Source of the DNA: Simiduia curdlanivorans
GTDB lineage: Bacteria; Pseudomonadota; Gammaproteobacteria; Pseudomonadales; Cellvibrionaceae
Direction of reading: 5' to 3'
Assembly (NCBI RefSeq): GCF_030409605.1
Contig: NZ_JAUFQG010000004.1
Coordinates: 540,430 to 604,429 of the forward strand
DNA: 64,000 bases
The notes beneath the pieces were generated by a model. It was given only the letters and a program-made list of their open reading frames with translations. It did not search any database and was not told the DNA's origin. Below, one piece after another: positions 16,995 through 25,718 of the stretch. The number at the start of each line of letters is the position of its first letter. The first letter of the stretch is position 1. Both the position numbers and the translations under genes were made by a program.

Positions 16995-17786
16995 ATGATT
17001 AAATTAGTGCTAGTTTTAATTCTAGCTGTACAAATTTTAACGGTTCTTGTAGGAAAAGAAGAAAGTGACTCGCCCACAAGTTACGATAGTGAATTAAATG
17101 CAAAGCAACTGCGAGAAAAACTTGTTAAATCGTGCAGCAAAAAAAATGAAATTTATGCATTCTGTACTTGTTTTCGGGAAAATCTTGATTTAGTGACAGA
17201 TGATGACCTGACTAAATACCGAGATCGAAAAAGGGTTTTAGAGGCTGAGGCGATGAAAGCGAAGGTATCAGGTGATATAGTTAAGCTAGATGTAATTACC
17301 ACTGACATCAGTGAAGGATTGATTGATAACAAGATAAGTAAAAAATGCATGCCACCGCTTTTATTGGAGGGCGAGGAGTATGAGAAAAATTTTAATAAAG
17401 GAATCTATCACTACGCAAAAAAGGATTACAAAAAAGCAATAGAGTATTGGTTGCCATACGCTGAAGCTGGCAGCGGGCCCGCAATGGCAAACCTAGCTGC
17501 GCTCTACAATAGAGAAATAGATGGACAGATTGATCTACTAAATTTATACCATTGGAGTTTTAAGTCAGGTCTTAATGGAGATTCACAGGCGCAATTTAAT
17601 TTGGCTGTAATGTTTTTAAACGGCGAGACGGGAAGCAAGGATCTGATAAAGAGTTATGTATGGGCTGAGAAGGCGGCGCAAGGTGGTCACGACACAGCGC
17701 AAAAGCTTAAGGGTGACCTTGATCGTTATCTATCCAATGATCAGATCGTTGAGGCACAAAAGTACTCAGCAGAGATATTTCAATAG
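16995..17786 (+). CDS. Sel1-like repeat (SLR/TPR-like) protein with signal peptide
   Basis: ATG at aa 5 of ORF 16983. Sel1 repeat signatures: AEAGSGPAMANLAALYN, GDSQAQFNLAVMFLNGETG, AEKAAQGGHDTAQKL. Confidence 0.7.
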   Translation: MIKLVLVLILAVQILTVLVGKEESDSPTSYDSELNAKQLREKLVKSCSKKNEIYAFCTCFRENLDLVTDDDLTKYRDRKRVLEAEAMKAKVSGDIVKLDVITTDISEGLIDNKISKKCMPPLLLEGEEYEKNFNKGIYHYAKKDYKKAIEYWLPYAEAGSGPAMANLAALYNREIDGQIDLLNLYHWSFKSGLNGDSQAQFNLAVMFLNGETGSKDLIKSYVWAEKAAQGGHDTAQKLKGDLDRYLSNDQIVEAQKYSAEIFQ

Positions 17787-17917
17787 GGCCAAGGAAGTTG
17801 CATAACAAATCAAGGCAGCCGAACCAAAACGCTTACTTCGTTCGCGTTTCGGTCGGCTGCTTGAGGCGTTATATGCCGTGTGAAGCGAAGCGTAACGAGG
17901 TCACATTGACATTTTTG

Positions 17918-18325
17918 TTATGCATTTTCTTCCTCATCAAAGTACATATCCCAAGAAATACCTAACCCATATTTTACCAACTCTTTCATCATTGCCACGC
18001 TCAGTCTAGGCCCACCCTGGCCAGTTGAATCCCAACGGCAAAATATATCAGTTGAACAGCCAGAATCGCGAAGGGATGATAGCTCACCCTCTTTACCGTT
18101 TAGTAGAGAAAGCAAAAGCTCCAAATGTTTCACGTTATCGGTGGAATTCAAATCAACTTCTGTAGTTCTCGACCAAAAGTTCAACTCTCTTCTGGGTTTG
18201 TATTTTGAATTAGGGTCTCTTGGTACTGAATCAGTCGATTGGATGCCAATATACTTTTCGATTTCATCAGGGTGCATTTCATCTGAAAATATTCTTAATG
18301 TAGCGTATGTTTCAGTACAAGCCAT
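17918..18325 (-). CDS. DUF4279-like hypothetical protein
   Basis: 135 aa. The N-terminus TYATLRIFSDEMHPDEIEKYIGIQSTDS resembles the DUF4279 family N-terminal signature. Low GC. Confidence 0.5.
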   Translation of the reverse strand: MACTETYATLRIFSDEMHPDEIEKYIGIQSTDSVPRDPNSKYKPRRELNFWSRTTEVDLNSTDNVKHLELLLSLLNGKEGELSSLRDSGCSTDIFCRWDSTGQGGPRLSVAMMKELVKYGLGISWDMYFDEEENA

Positions 18326-18530
18326 TCTGGTTCTCTAGGTTTGCATAACAGTATTTCTCAGCGCCTCGGAGCAGAGCTATCGCACCAACTCTGCCTTTAA
18401 TTTCCAGAAGTTATCACAACTTTTAGATTAGGCGCAAAATAATGCGCCTTGGTGGCATATATCCCCCTGACGAAAGTTTGTATGAATATCACATAAGAAA
18501 CACGGACATCAGGTGATACCTACACCACGA

Positions 18531-19604
18531 TTAACCTACTTCAGCCGTATTACCGTTTTGCAACTGCTTGACTACTTGCGCAACGATCACCAAACCCACC
18601 GGCAATAAAAACACAAACACGGCGTTGCCCAGCAGCGATAACCATGGGTGGCCGATGGCGGCCATGATGAGGTAGGCGGTATAGGCCACGTAACCGGCGA
18701 GAAATAGTACACCCTCGGAGCGATCTATTACGGCATCGGTAAAGAAGATGGGTAAGCACATTAACGCCACCAAGCACATTACCGGTAGATCTAAGTGCAT
18801 TAAACTTAACGGCGCGAGCAAACCTTCCGGCGCCACCATGCTGGAGATACCCAACACACCTAACAGATTAAAAATGTTACTGCCGATAACGTTACCCACG
18901 GCGATATCGCGCTGGCCTTTTATGGCGGCGGCAATGGAAGTAACGACTTCGGGCAAGGAAGTGCCTACCGCAACGATAGTGAGACCAATCACCACCTCAC
19001 TTAAACCCAACCAGCGCGCCAGCGTTACCGCGCCCTCCACTAACCAAGTTGAGCCCAATACCAGCATGATTAAACCGCTAACAATGGCGGCTATATCTAG
19101 CCATAAAGCGCGATTGGGTGCAGGTGAAATGACTTCAACAGATGTTTCAGGCTTAGGCTCAGTTCTGCCCTTAATAAAGAGATAACTGGTGTAGGCGAGC
19201 AAACCTAAAAATAATGCTAGGCCTTCGCCAAAACCAAATTTTCCGTCTTGTGCCATCCACCAAACCGCGCCACTGGCAACGATCATCACCGGCACATCCA
19301 GCCGAATAAGTTGCACCGAGACGGTTAAGGGCAAAATAATTGCCGCAACGCCCAGAATAAACAAGACGTTAAAGATATTGCTGCCAATCACATTGCCCAA
19401 GCCGATGCCGGCCTGGCCGTCCAGCGCCGCTTTGACGCTAACCGCCAACTCCGGCGAGCTGGTGCCAAAAGCCACAACCGTTAAGCCTATCACCAAGGGC
19501 GACACGCCAATGCGAGATGCCAAGTTAGCCGCGCCTTTTATCAAGATATCGGCACCAAAAACCAACAACAGCAAACCAAGAACAAACAACAATAAGGTGA
19601 TCAT
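18531..19604 (-). CDS. Ca2+/Na+ antiporter, CaCA family (YrbG-like)
   Basis: 357 aa with two internal alpha-repeats each containing GTSxPE (FGTSSPELAVS, VGTSLPEVVTS) and GNVIGSNIFN. Confidence 0.85.
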   Translation of the reverse strand: MITLLLFVLGLLLLVFGADILIKGAANLASRIGVSPLVIGLTVVAFGTSSPELAVSVKAALDGQAGIGLGNVIGSNIFNVLFILGVAAIILPLTVSVQLIRLDVPVMIVASGAVWWMAQDGKFGFGEGLALFLGLLAYTSYLFIKGRTEPKPETSVEVISPAPNRALWLDIAAIVSGLIMLVLGSTWLVEGAVTLARWLGLSEVVIGLTIVAVGTSLPEVVTSIAAAIKGQRDIAVGNVIGSNIFNLLGVLGISSMVAPEGLLAPLSLMHLDLPVMCLVALMCLPIFFTDAVIDRSEGVLFLAGYVAYTAYLIMAAIGHPWLSLLGNAVFVFLLPVGLVIVAQVVKQLQNGNTAEVG

Positions 19605-19723
19605 AGGATCAGCGCTCTGGAAAACTGAGCTTAATATGACGCCAGTAAATAGAATTAAATAGGGGTAGCTTCAAATATATTTTGAGCCGAGAGTTAGCCA
19701 GCAATAACCACCAAATTTCAGGC

Positions 19724-19750
19724 ATAAAAAAACCGGCCTAAGCCGGTTCT
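19724..19750. terminator. rho-independent terminator, bidirectional hairpin
   Basis: aaaaaaAACCGGCctaaGCCGGTTct. A GC stem is flanked by an A-run and T-rich sequence, just downstream of minus-strand gene 19766..20077. Confidence 0.6.
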
Positions 19751-19765
19751 ATTAACACCGAACAA

Positions 19766-20077
19766 CTAGCGACAGCGGTAGACACCAAAGGTCATGGCGC
19801 CGTCTTCGCTCAGCTCTGACTCGCGCACCAAGGTGTCGCCGCCCATGCTATAAGCTTGGTCTTTGGCCAGTGCCGCCAACTCGGTGATGACTTTTTCATC
19901 CTTGCGCACAAAAATGCCCACCTTGCTGACACCCTTAGCCGTTGCCGCGCCAAGGCGATCACAAGACTGCACATCTGAGGCCGTTGCCAACTTAATACCC
20001 GCCGCTTCTGGCTTGGGCTCTACCCAAGTACAAGCAACAGCGACGAGAGACAATAAAATAAGCATCACAGTTTTCAT
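19766..20077 (-). CDS. small periplasmic lipoprotein, function unknown
   Basis: 103 aa with a signal peptide ending LVAVAC (lipobox-like), followed by a terminator. Confidence 0.6.
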   Translation of the reverse strand: MKTVMLILLSLVAVACTWVEPKPEAAGIKLATASDVQSCDRLGAATAKGVSKVGIFVRKDEKVITELAALAKDQAYSMGGDTLVRESELSEDGAMTFGVYRCR

Positions 20078-20180
20078 AATTCACTCCAATTCAGGGCGTG
20101 GTTTGCGTGCGCCCACTTTACCGATAAACGCCACAATCGCAAGGGCAGGAGTAGAGTTTCAGGCAAAAAATCGACTGCCA

Positions 20181-20206
20181 TAAAATGCCCCCAAGGCCTG
20201 GGGGCA
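20181..20206. terminator. rho-independent terminator for the aldehyde dehydrogenase gene
   Basis: ataaaatGCCCCCAaggccTGGGGGCa lies 10 bp downstream of the minus-strand stop at 20216. Confidence 0.55.
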
Positions 20207-20215
20207 CAAGAGAAT

Positions 20216-21709
20216 TTAATCGAATTCTATCCAGGTGGTTTTAAGCTCGGTGTAGTCGTCGAAGGCATGCATGGATTTATCCCGGCCATTACCCGACTGC
20301 TTGAAGCCGCCGAAGGGTACGGTCATGTCGCCGCCGAAATAGTTATTGATCCCCATAGTGCCGACGCGCACCGCTTTGGCAACGCGATGGGCCACATTGA
20401 TATCTTTACTCCACACGGCACCGGCCAGCCCAAAGATCGAATCGTTGGCAATGGCAATGGCCTCGGCTTCGGTTTCGAACGGAATCACGGTCATCACCGG
20501 GCCAAAAATTTCTTCTTGGGCGATGCGCATTTGATTATTGGCGCCGGTAAAGATGGTCGGCTCGTGATAGAAACCACCGTCGGTCACCTTCACGCGTTTG
20601 CCGCCGTAGGCGAGCGTCGCGCCCTCATCGCAACCGATGCGAACATACTCCGCCACGGTGTTGTATTGAGCCTCGTCAACCATAGGCCCCATGCTAGTGG
20701 CTGGGTCTAGCGGGTTGCCAGGCAGCCAAGATTTTGCGTGCTCGATAACCTTGGCGACAAAGGCGTCGTGAATAGAGGCTTGCACCAATAAGCGCGTGCC
20801 CGCGGTACAGGTCTGCCCGCCGTTGTAAAACACCGCCGTGGCTGCCATGGCCGCCGCCTTATCTAAATTGGCATCGGCAAATACAATATTCGGGCTTTTG
20901 CCGCCTAGCTCTAAGTAGGTGCGCTTTAAGTTCGACTGACCAGAATACTCCATCAGCATTTTGCCCACGGGGGTGGAGCCGGTGAAGGTCAAACCCTCTA
21001 CATCCATATGTTTCGCAAGGTGGCTGCCAAGGCTACCGCCAGGCCCCGGCAATACCTGTAACACGCCATCGGGCAAGCCAGCTTGCTTAGCCAAGCCAGC
21101 CAGCTTAATAGCCGTTAGCGGTGTGTTAGAGGCAGGCTTTAAGATCACCGAGTTACCGGTGGCAATAGCGGGCGCGATTTTCCAGGCCGTGGTGGAAAAG
21201 GGAAAGTTCCAAGGCACTATGGCGGCCACCACACCTAAGGGCAGGCGCGTGACCAGTGCCAAGGTGTCGTGCGGCGTGGGCGCCACCTGATCGTAGACTT
21301 TATCAATGGCCTCACCACTCCAGCGCAAGGTGCGAGCGGCAGCGGGAACATCCACATTGAGGGTATCTGAAATGGGTTTGCCCACATCCAAGCACTCGAG
21401 CAGAGCCAGCTCTTCGGCATGGGCTTCGACCAACTCGGCCCAGCGCACCAACACTTTTTTGCGCTCAGACGGCGCTTGATTGGCCCAGGTGCCAGCCTCA
21501 AAAACCGCTTTTGCGGAGGCAATGGCCCGGTCGGCATCCTCTGGGCCACAGCTTGCTACGGCAACTAACACCTCGCCGGTGGCGGGGTTGAGCGTCGGCC
21601 GGGTATTACCCGATAGCGCATTAATATAAGCACCATCAATGAAGGCGCGACCTTCAATAGTCAAACTAGCCGCGCGATCGGCCCAATCTTTTGCGCTGAA
21701 ATCTTGCAT
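20216..21709 (-). CDS. NAD(P)+-dependent aldehyde dehydrogenase (PuuC/gamma-glutamyl-aminobutyraldehyde dehydrogenase-like)
   Basis: 497 aa with ELGGKSP, catalytic Cys in GQTCTAGTR, FTGSTPVGK and PWNFP motifs. Confidence 0.9.
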   Translation of the reverse strand: MQDFSAKDWADRAASLTIEGRAFIDGAYINALSGNTRPTLNPATGEVLVAVASCGPEDADRAIASAKAVFEAGTWANQAPSERKKVLVRWAELVEAHAEELALLECLDVGKPISDTLNVDVPAAARTLRWSGEAIDKVYDQVAPTPHDTLALVTRLPLGVVAAIVPWNFPFSTTAWKIAPAIATGNSVILKPASNTPLTAIKLAGLAKQAGLPDGVLQVLPGPGGSLGSHLAKHMDVEGLTFTGSTPVGKMLMEYSGQSNLKRTYLELGGKSPNIVFADANLDKAAAMAATAVFYNGGQTCTAGTRLLVQASIHDAFVAKVIEHAKSWLPGNPLDPATSMGPMVDEAQYNTVAEYVRIGCDEGATLAYGGKRVKVTDGGFYHEPTIFTGANNQMRIAQEEIFGPVMTVIPFETEAEAIAIANDSIFGLAGAVWSKDINVAHRVAKAVRVGTMGINNYFGGDMTVPFGGFKQSGNGRDKSMHAFDDYTELKTTWIEFD

Positions 21710-22218
21710 CTCGTTAGCTCCTACAGTGAATGCCCCTATTGTAGCGCCTTCCTAGAAAAGCCAAATGACCCATTTTGGTATATTCACGAAAGGCATAAAT
21801 AGAAAACTTTAAATTCATTTTGAAAATACACAAGGAGGTTTCTTGCGTAACTATTTAGCCCACCGATAGCCGACCGATCAGCCACTGGGTATTAAACTTA
21901 TCTATTACTGTTATTGCTCAGGCAAATGCTGTAATTAAACTAACTTGGCTGATCATTAAACACTCCAAATCCGAAACAAATATTGATTTAGGCGCTAGGT
22001 TCTAATGCAATAATCGAAGCTTTCGCAAAATTTTGTAGCAGAATTACAAGATTATTACCTTTATTTATCACATCTATAGCTGGAACCGAGATAACACTCA
22101 CGACTATGATAGCGCTCCGCTATTTCCACGGCTGAACCATCAGCCGTATCCAAAGGCTGAATATACAGCTGGAGTCAATCTGACAAAAAAAGGGCGGGTG
22201 CTCATAGAGGATAACAAG
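21710..22218. promoter_or_regulatory. 500-bp AT-rich divergent promoter region (aldehyde dehydrogenase <-> pntAA)
   Basis: Long non-coding AT-rich spacer between divergently transcribed genes. No specific sites assigned. Confidence 0.3.
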
Positions 22219-23364
22219 ATGCTAATCGGCATACCCAAAGAAATAGAGGCGGGTGAAACCCGCGTCCCCGTGTTACCAGACGGCGTTAAAAAGCTGGTGG
22301 CACAAAACGCTACGGTGACCATCGAAGCCGGTTTAGGCGATTCACTGCAAATTCCAGACAGCGCCTATACCGATGTGGGTGCCACAATTGCGGAAAGCCG
22401 CACGGCGCTGCTGGGCCAAGCCGATGTGATTTTACGCTTGCGCAAGCCGGCCATCGACGAGGTGGCGCTGCTGAAACAAGGCTGTATCCATATTTCGTTT
22501 TTGGACCCCTTTAACGAACACGCCTTGGTAGACGCCTTCGCCGCGCAAGGTGTCACCGCCATTAGCATGGAAATGATTCCGCGCATCACCCGCAGCCAGA
22601 AGATGGACGCCCTGTCATCGCAAGCCAACTTGGCCGGCTACGCCATGGTGCTACTGGCCGCCGAGCGCTTGGATCGCATTCTGCCGATGATGATGACCCC
22701 CGCAGGCACCATCACCCCCGGCCGGGTATTCGTGATTGGCGCCGGTGTTGCGGGCCTGCAGGCGATTGCCACGGCCAAGCGCCTGGGCGCCAGAGTCGAC
22801 GCCTTCGATACTCGCCCGGTGGTGAAAGAACAGGTTGAGTCGCTGGGCGCGAAATTCTTGGAAATCGACCTAGGTGAAACCGGCCAAACCGCCGGCGGCT
22901 ACGCCAACCAATTAACCGAAGCGCAAATTGAAAAGCAGCGCCAAGGTCAAACCGATGTGATGGCCAACAGCGATATCGTGATTACCACGGCACAGGTTTT
23001 CGGCCGCAAGGCGCCGCGCATTATCACCAAAGACATGCTGGCGGCGATGAAACCGGGCTCTATTGTGGTGGACATGGCAGTCGACAGCGGCGGCAACGTC
23101 GAAGGCTCCGAGCCGGATAAAGAAGTGAACATCAACGGCGTGACCATTATTGGCTACCGCAACCTGCCCGGTCGCGTAGCGCAAAACGCCAGCCAGATGT
23201 ATTCCAACAATTTAATTAATTTGGTGTTCGATTACTGGCAAAAAGACACGGGCATTTTTGCGCTCGACCTCGAAGAAGAAATTCAGAAAGGCTGCGTGAT
23301 TACCCATGGCGGTGAGCTAGTCAACAATGTGATTAAAAACGCCCGCAAGCCCGCGGCCGCTTAA
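22219..23364 (+). CDS. pntAA: NAD(P) transhydrogenase subunit alpha part 1 (dI domain)
   Basis: Start at MLIGIPKEI (Met8 of ORF 22198). Rossmann motif VFVIGAGVAGLQA. Full-length similarity to PntAA/alanine dehydrogenase-like dI. Confidence 0.9.
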   Translation: MLIGIPKEIEAGETRVPVLPDGVKKLVAQNATVTIEAGLGDSLQIPDSAYTDVGATIAESRTALLGQADVILRLRKPAIDEVALLKQGCIHISFLDPFNEHALVDAFAAQGVTAISMEMIPRITRSQKMDALSSQANLAGYAMVLLAAERLDRILPMMMTPAGTITPGRVFVIGAGVAGLQAIATAKRLGARVDAFDTRPVVKEQVESLGAKFLEIDLGETGQTAGGYANQLTEAQIEKQRQGQTDVMANSDIVITTAQVFGRKAPRIITKDMLAAMKPGSIVVDMAVDSGGNVEGSEPDKEVNINGVTIIGYRNLPGRVAQNASQMYSNNLINLVFDYWQKDTGIFALDLEEEIQKGCVITHGGELVNNVIKNARKPAAA

Positions 23365-23390
23365 CACCGAAATATTTTGAGGAAGACATC

Positions 23391-23699
23391 ATGTCACCCG
23401 AATTACAACAAATCGTTTACCTGTCGTTCATTTTAATGCTGGCCATCTTTTTAGGCTTCGAACTCATTGCCAAAGTGCCGGCAACTTTGCACACACCTTT
23501 GATGAGTGGCTCCAACGCCATCTCCGGTATCACCTTGGTTGGCGCATTAGTTAGCGCCGGTGCCGAGCACTCGGCCATGGCCACCTGGTTAGGCGCTGCG
23601 GCGGTAACACTGGCCACCATCAACGTGGTGGGCGGCTACTTGGTCACCGATCGCATGCTCGCCATGTTCAAGAAGAAAGCCGCCGGAGGTAAAGCATGA
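23391..23699 (+). CDS. pntAB: NAD(P) transhydrogenase subunit alpha part 2 (membrane)
   Basis: 102 aa with 3-4 TM helices. Stop overlaps the pntB start. Confidence 0.85.
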   Translation: MSPELQQIVYLSFILMLAIFLGFELIAKVPATLHTPLMSGSNAISGITLVGALVSAGAEHSAMATWLGAAAVTLATINVVGGYLVTDRMLAMFKKKAAGGKA

Positions 23700-25063
23700 A
23701 CGCAGCCATCGTCATCAACTTTGCCTACATCCTTTCAGCCCTAGCTTTCGTTCTCGGCTTAAAGATGCTGGGTTCGCCGGCTTCGGCGCGCAAGGGTAAT
23801 TTAATTTCTGCCGTGGCCATGCTCTTGGCCATTGCGGTCACCTTATTTGATAAGCAGATCATCAGCTTTGAATGGATTGTCGGCAGCATGCTGCTCGGCA
23901 CGGTGATCGGCGTGCTAGCCGCGCGCTTGGTGGCCATGACGTCCATGCCAGAAATGGTGGCGCTGTTTAACGGCTTCGGCGGTGCGGCGAGTTTGCTCGT
24001 GGGTTGGGCCGCGCTGTACGACGGCACCATCACGCCTTTCATCGCCAGCACCATTGTGCTGTCAATTTTGATCGGTGGCGTGACTTTGTCTGGCTCTATG
24101 ATCGCCTGGGCAAAGCTGTCGGAAAAAATGCCCGGCCGCGCCATTACCTTTACCGGCCAAGCCATTGTAAACGGTTTGATTGTTATCACTCTTTTGCTCA
24201 ACGCGGTGTGGTTTGTGCAAGTCCCGGATGCAGAATCCATCCACCTGTATGCGGTCATTGCCATCGCCTTAGTGTTCGGCATCATGCTGGTCATCCCCAT
24301 TGGCGGCGCCGATATGCCCGTGGTTATTTCTTTGCTGAACTCCTACTCGGGCTTAGCCGCCTGTGCGGCTGGTTTCGTATTGAACAACAACTTGCTAATT
24401 GTGTCCGGTGCATTAGTCGGCGCCAGTGGTATCATCTTGACCAACATCATGTGCCGCGCCATGAACCGCTCGCTCGCTAACGTGTTGTTCAGCGGCTTTA
24501 AAGCGGTGAAAAAATCCACCACGGTGGTGGAGGGCGAAATTAAGCCGATCAATTGCGATGACGCTTACTTGATTCTCGAAGCTGCGGCCAATGTGGTATT
24601 CGTACCTGGCTATGGCATGGCCGTGTCGCAAGCTCAGCACGTGGTGCGCGAACTTGCCGACCACCTGGAAAACAATGGCTGCCAAGTGCGCTACGCCATT
24701 CACCCGGTCGCCGGTCGCATGCCTGGCCACATGAACGTACTGCTGGCCGAAGCCAGCGTACCTTATGATCAACTGTACGAGATGGATGCCATCAACCCGC
24801 AGATGAGCAGTGTGGATGTGGCCATTGTTATCGGCGCCAACGACACGGTAAACCCAGCAGCCACCGAAGACGAAGGCAGCCCCATCTACGGTATGCCGGT
24901 GATTAAAGTGGCCGATGCGCGCACCGTATTCGTACTCAAGCGCAGCATGAATGCCGGCTACTCGGGCGTGGAAAACCCACTCTTTTACAAAGACAATGTG
25001 CGCATGTTGTTTGGCGACGCCAAAGCGTCCCTGCAAACCATTGCCGGTGAGTTTTCAGCCTAA
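23696..25063 (+). CDS. pntB: NAD(P) transhydrogenase subunit beta
   Basis: 455 aa: an N-terminal 9-TM domain and a C-terminal NADP(H)-binding dIII (GYGMAVSQAQ, IGANDTVNPAA). Confidence 0.9.
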   Translation: MNAAIVINFAYILSALAFVLGLKMLGSPASARKGNLISAVAMLLAIAVTLFDKQIISFEWIVGSMLLGTVIGVLAARLVAMTSMPEMVALFNGFGGAASLLVGWAALYDGTITPFIASTIVLSILIGGVTLSGSMIAWAKLSEKMPGRAITFTGQAIVNGLIVITLLLNAVWFVQVPDAESIHLYAVIAIALVFGIMLVIPIGGADMPVVISLLNSYSGLAACAAGFVLNNNLLIVSGALVGASGIILTNIMCRAMNRSLANVLFSGFKAVKKSTTVVEGEIKPINCDDAYLILEAAANVVFVPGYGMAVSQAQHVVRELADHLENNGCQVRYAIHPVAGRMPGHMNVLLAEASVPYDQLYEMDAINPQMSSVDVAIVIGANDTVNPAATEDEGSPIYGMPVIKVADARTVFVLKRSMNAGYSGVENPLFYKDNVRMLFGDAKASLQTIAGEFSA

Positions 25064-25098
25064 GACTTGCCACAACTATTGATGTGAGCATTTCTGCA

Positions 25099-25136
25099 AC
25101 AATAAAAAAGGGTGGCACTTGCTACCCTTTTTTATT
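25099..25136. terminator. bidirectional rho-independent terminator (38-bp near-perfect palindrome)
   Basis: CAATAAAAAAGGGTggcacttgctACCCTTTTTTATTG lies between convergent pntB and zinc-ribbon genes. Confidence 0.65.
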
Positions 25137-25146
25137 GTCCGCCCTG

Positions 25147-25695
25147 TTATTTATCGGCGGCGTAGGGATCATCGGCAAAAAGATAGGCGCGCAGTACCGA
25201 TCTATCTTCTTGCTGCATCAACCATTCGCGAAAATTCTTTAGCTTCTGGTAGCGCTCGGTACCAAATTTCTTTTCATATAAATCGCTAAAGGTCTGCTTG
25301 GCGTGGTCGGCGCGAATTTGTTTTTGCCATTGCCGCGTCAGCACTTTGTTGAGCGAACCGGCAAGTTTATGCTCTTTCAACAACTCCCACTCGCCCTTAT
25401 CCAACCAGATGCCGCCCACTGCCGGGCTATAATCCAATTTGTGTTGAATATCAGCCGCCAATTTAATTTTTTGCATGATGGCACCAGACACGGGGCAAAG
25501 CATCGCCGATGCAGTTTCCGACATTTCCATCGGCTGAGCTTCGGAGAAGTCGTGATCCGGGTGCGCCGCCAACCAAGCCACATAGTCTTCGACGAAGACC
25601 CAATTACCCAAGCAATGATGACAGGTGTGGGCGCGAAACAACCCGTCGATAAAGCTCGGCCGTAACTCACCCTGCTTGCAACTTGTACACTTCAT
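25147..25695 (-). CDS. zinc-ribbon protein (CxxC..CxxC + CPxxG), last gene of PspA/flotillin/giant-ATPase operon
   Basis: 182 aa: MKCTSCKQG..CHHCLGNW and a second CPVSG element. It starts 23 bp downstream of the giant gene stop on the same strand. Confidence 0.6.
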   Translation of the reverse strand: MKCTSCKQGELRPSFIDGLFRAHTCHHCLGNWVFVEDYVAWLAAHPDHDFSEAQPMEMSETASAMLCPVSGAIMQKIKLAADIQHKLDYSPAVGGIWLDKGEWELLKEHKLAGSLNKVLTRQWQKQIRADHAKQTFSDLYEKKFGTERYQKLKNFREWLMQQEDRSVLRAYLFADDPYAADK

Positions 25696-25718
25696 ACTAT
25701 TCCCGCCTTCGCTACTGA

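Noticed and set aside
16063-18530. Possibility that the AT-rich islet is a prophage or integrative element
   Set aside because: It has no integrase, recombinase, tRNA attachment site, phage structural genes or flanking direct repeats. It holds only four or five small hypothetical genes, so I treat it as a compositional islet of unknown origin.
23725-25036. Minus-strand ORFs 23725..24300 and 24413..25036 (191 and 207 aa)
   Set aside because: They are antisense to pntB, which is conserved end-to-end, and give low-complexity translations.
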